Origin: Nanoarchaeum equitans Kin4-M
GTDB taxonomy: Archaea; Nanobdellota; Nanobdellia; Nanobdellales; Nanoarchaeaceae
Length of the DNA: 32,000 nucleotides
Assembly: GCA_000008085.1 (NCBI GenBank)
Contig: AE017199.1
Location: 270,001 to 302,000, forward strand
Direction of reading: 5' to 3'
This document shows, one piece after another, positions 31,507-32,000 of the stretch; the stretch's first letter is position 1, and each line of letters starts with the position of its first letter. A program made the translations under genes and the position numbers. The notes below the pieces were generated by a model. That model saw only the letters and a list, made by a program, of their open reading frames with translations, did not search any database and was not told where the DNA came from.

Positions 31507-32000
31507 ATCCTTTTGCTTTCAAATTAATTATTTTATATAACAAATCATAACAGCAACCCCTAGAACTTATATAGTTTCCATCGAAAAATAAATCTGTTTT
31601 TATTGTGTTTACTCCATGGTCTCTTAGATATTGTTCAAACTGAGGAAATTCTAAATAATCCCAAGTTGTTTTTTTGCCCTTAATTAGTTTTTGCTCTGCT
31701 AAAAATATTGGAGCGGTTCTAATAGCTACCACTGTGCCTTTAGTTAATAGATAGCCTATCAATTCTTTCAATTCTATTACGTTAAAGCTTTCATAATCAT
31801 AATAGCTTATTAATATAGCTATGTCGAATTGTTTATATGGGGACAAATCCTCAAATTTGTAATCGGGCATAATTTTAGTATTTTTTATTCCTGTTACACT
31901 ATACCCTTTCGGGGTTGCAACTTTTATATCGTAATTATCTTGGTCAAACCTTTTATATAACTCTAAAAAATCGTCATCATAAAAATGATCCGTTAATAGA
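31496..32000 (-). CDS. DJ-1/PfpI-fold protein lacking the nucleophile Cys-His pair; its 5' end lies beyond the window
   Basis: The frame stays open from 31999 through the track start (MPDYKF at 31870), and no TATA sits at -21 of that Met. By eye it aligns to PfpI (YDIKVATPKGYSVTG...FDIAILISYYD...GTVVAIRTAPIFLAEQKLIKGKKTTW...FFDGNYISSRG), with IRTAP where PfpI has ICHGP. Confidence 0.6.
   Translation of the reverse strand, partial: LLTDHFYDDDFLELYKRFDQDNYDIKVATPKGYSVTGIKNTKIMPDYKFEDLSPYKQFDIAILISYYDYESFNVIELKELIGYLLTKGTVVAIRTAPIFLAEQKLIKGKKTTWDYLEFPQFEQYLRDHGVNTIKTDLFFDGNYISSRGCCYDLLYKIINLKAKGFIL

Noticed and set aside
31496-31870. Start of the DJ-1/PfpI-like ORF at Met 31870 (MPDYKF).
   Set aside because: The frame remains open to position 31999 and no TATA lies at -21. 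By-eye alignment to PfpI continues upstream, so this Met is internal.
1-32000. Search for split tRNA halves, additional tRNAs, rRNA, CRISPR repeats, transposases, integrases or other mobile elements.
   Set aside because: Apart from tRNA-Leu there is no other GC-rich island or GTTCGAATC-type T-arm. I noticed no regularly spaced direct repeats by eye, and no recognisable transposase or integrase ORF. All other TGATGA occurrences lie in coding sequence and lack a correctly spaced CTGA.

Overview
This is an AT-rich, very gene-dense archaeal window. By my count it holds 51 protein-coding genes, 1 tRNA and 2 small RNAs in 32 kb, with almost no intergenic DNA. The single tRNA is about 70% GC in an AT-rich background, which is a hyperthermophile signature. 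Gene content, compaction and the presence of stand-alone halves of normally fused genes match what I recall of Nanoarchaeum equitans or a very close relative. Those halves are the reverse gyrase topoisomerase half, a type IA topoisomerase C-terminal fragment, and an archaeosine-TGT-type C2+PUA module. I cannot verify the organism without a database.

Most genes are informational housekeeping:
- Ribosomal proteins: L35Ae, uL30, uL15, L7Ae, S17e, uS17 and L24e.
- Translation and transcription: GluRS, SerRS, aIF2-beta, RpoN, ABCE1.
- RNA and DNA handling: Nop5, DnaG.
- RNA modification: TruA, Taw3, a TrmI-like methyltransferase.
- Nucleotide metabolism: dcd, dut, ndk.
- A large S-layer-type surface protein.

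Items missing from or mis-delimited by the ORF track:
- Two canonical box C/D sRNAs (27637-27690 +, 12914-12967 -).
- A 50-aa rpl24e CDS.
- A 58-aa minus-strand membrane ORF.
- Two CDSs running off the window edges.
- Four spurious N-terminal extensions on real CDSs (three begin at TTG, one at an upstream ATG).

The strongest sequence-level regularity is an 8-bp TATA element whose promoter-proximal end lies 20-21 nt from the start codon. For RNA genes it lies the same distance from RNA position 1. About 30 transcription units follow this rule, which implies leaderless expression. It produces shared palindromic TATAs, crossed divergent promoters, and sRNA terminators fused to ribosomal-protein promoters.

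I found no obvious defence island, mobile element or CRISPR array. The most unusual loci are:
- The topoisomerase C-terminal fragment, which is separated from an upstream ORF only by an in-frame TAG.
- The sRNA/ribosomal-protein promoter fusions.
- A possible split Lrp/AsnC regulator.
- Several orphan membrane or secreted gene pairs.
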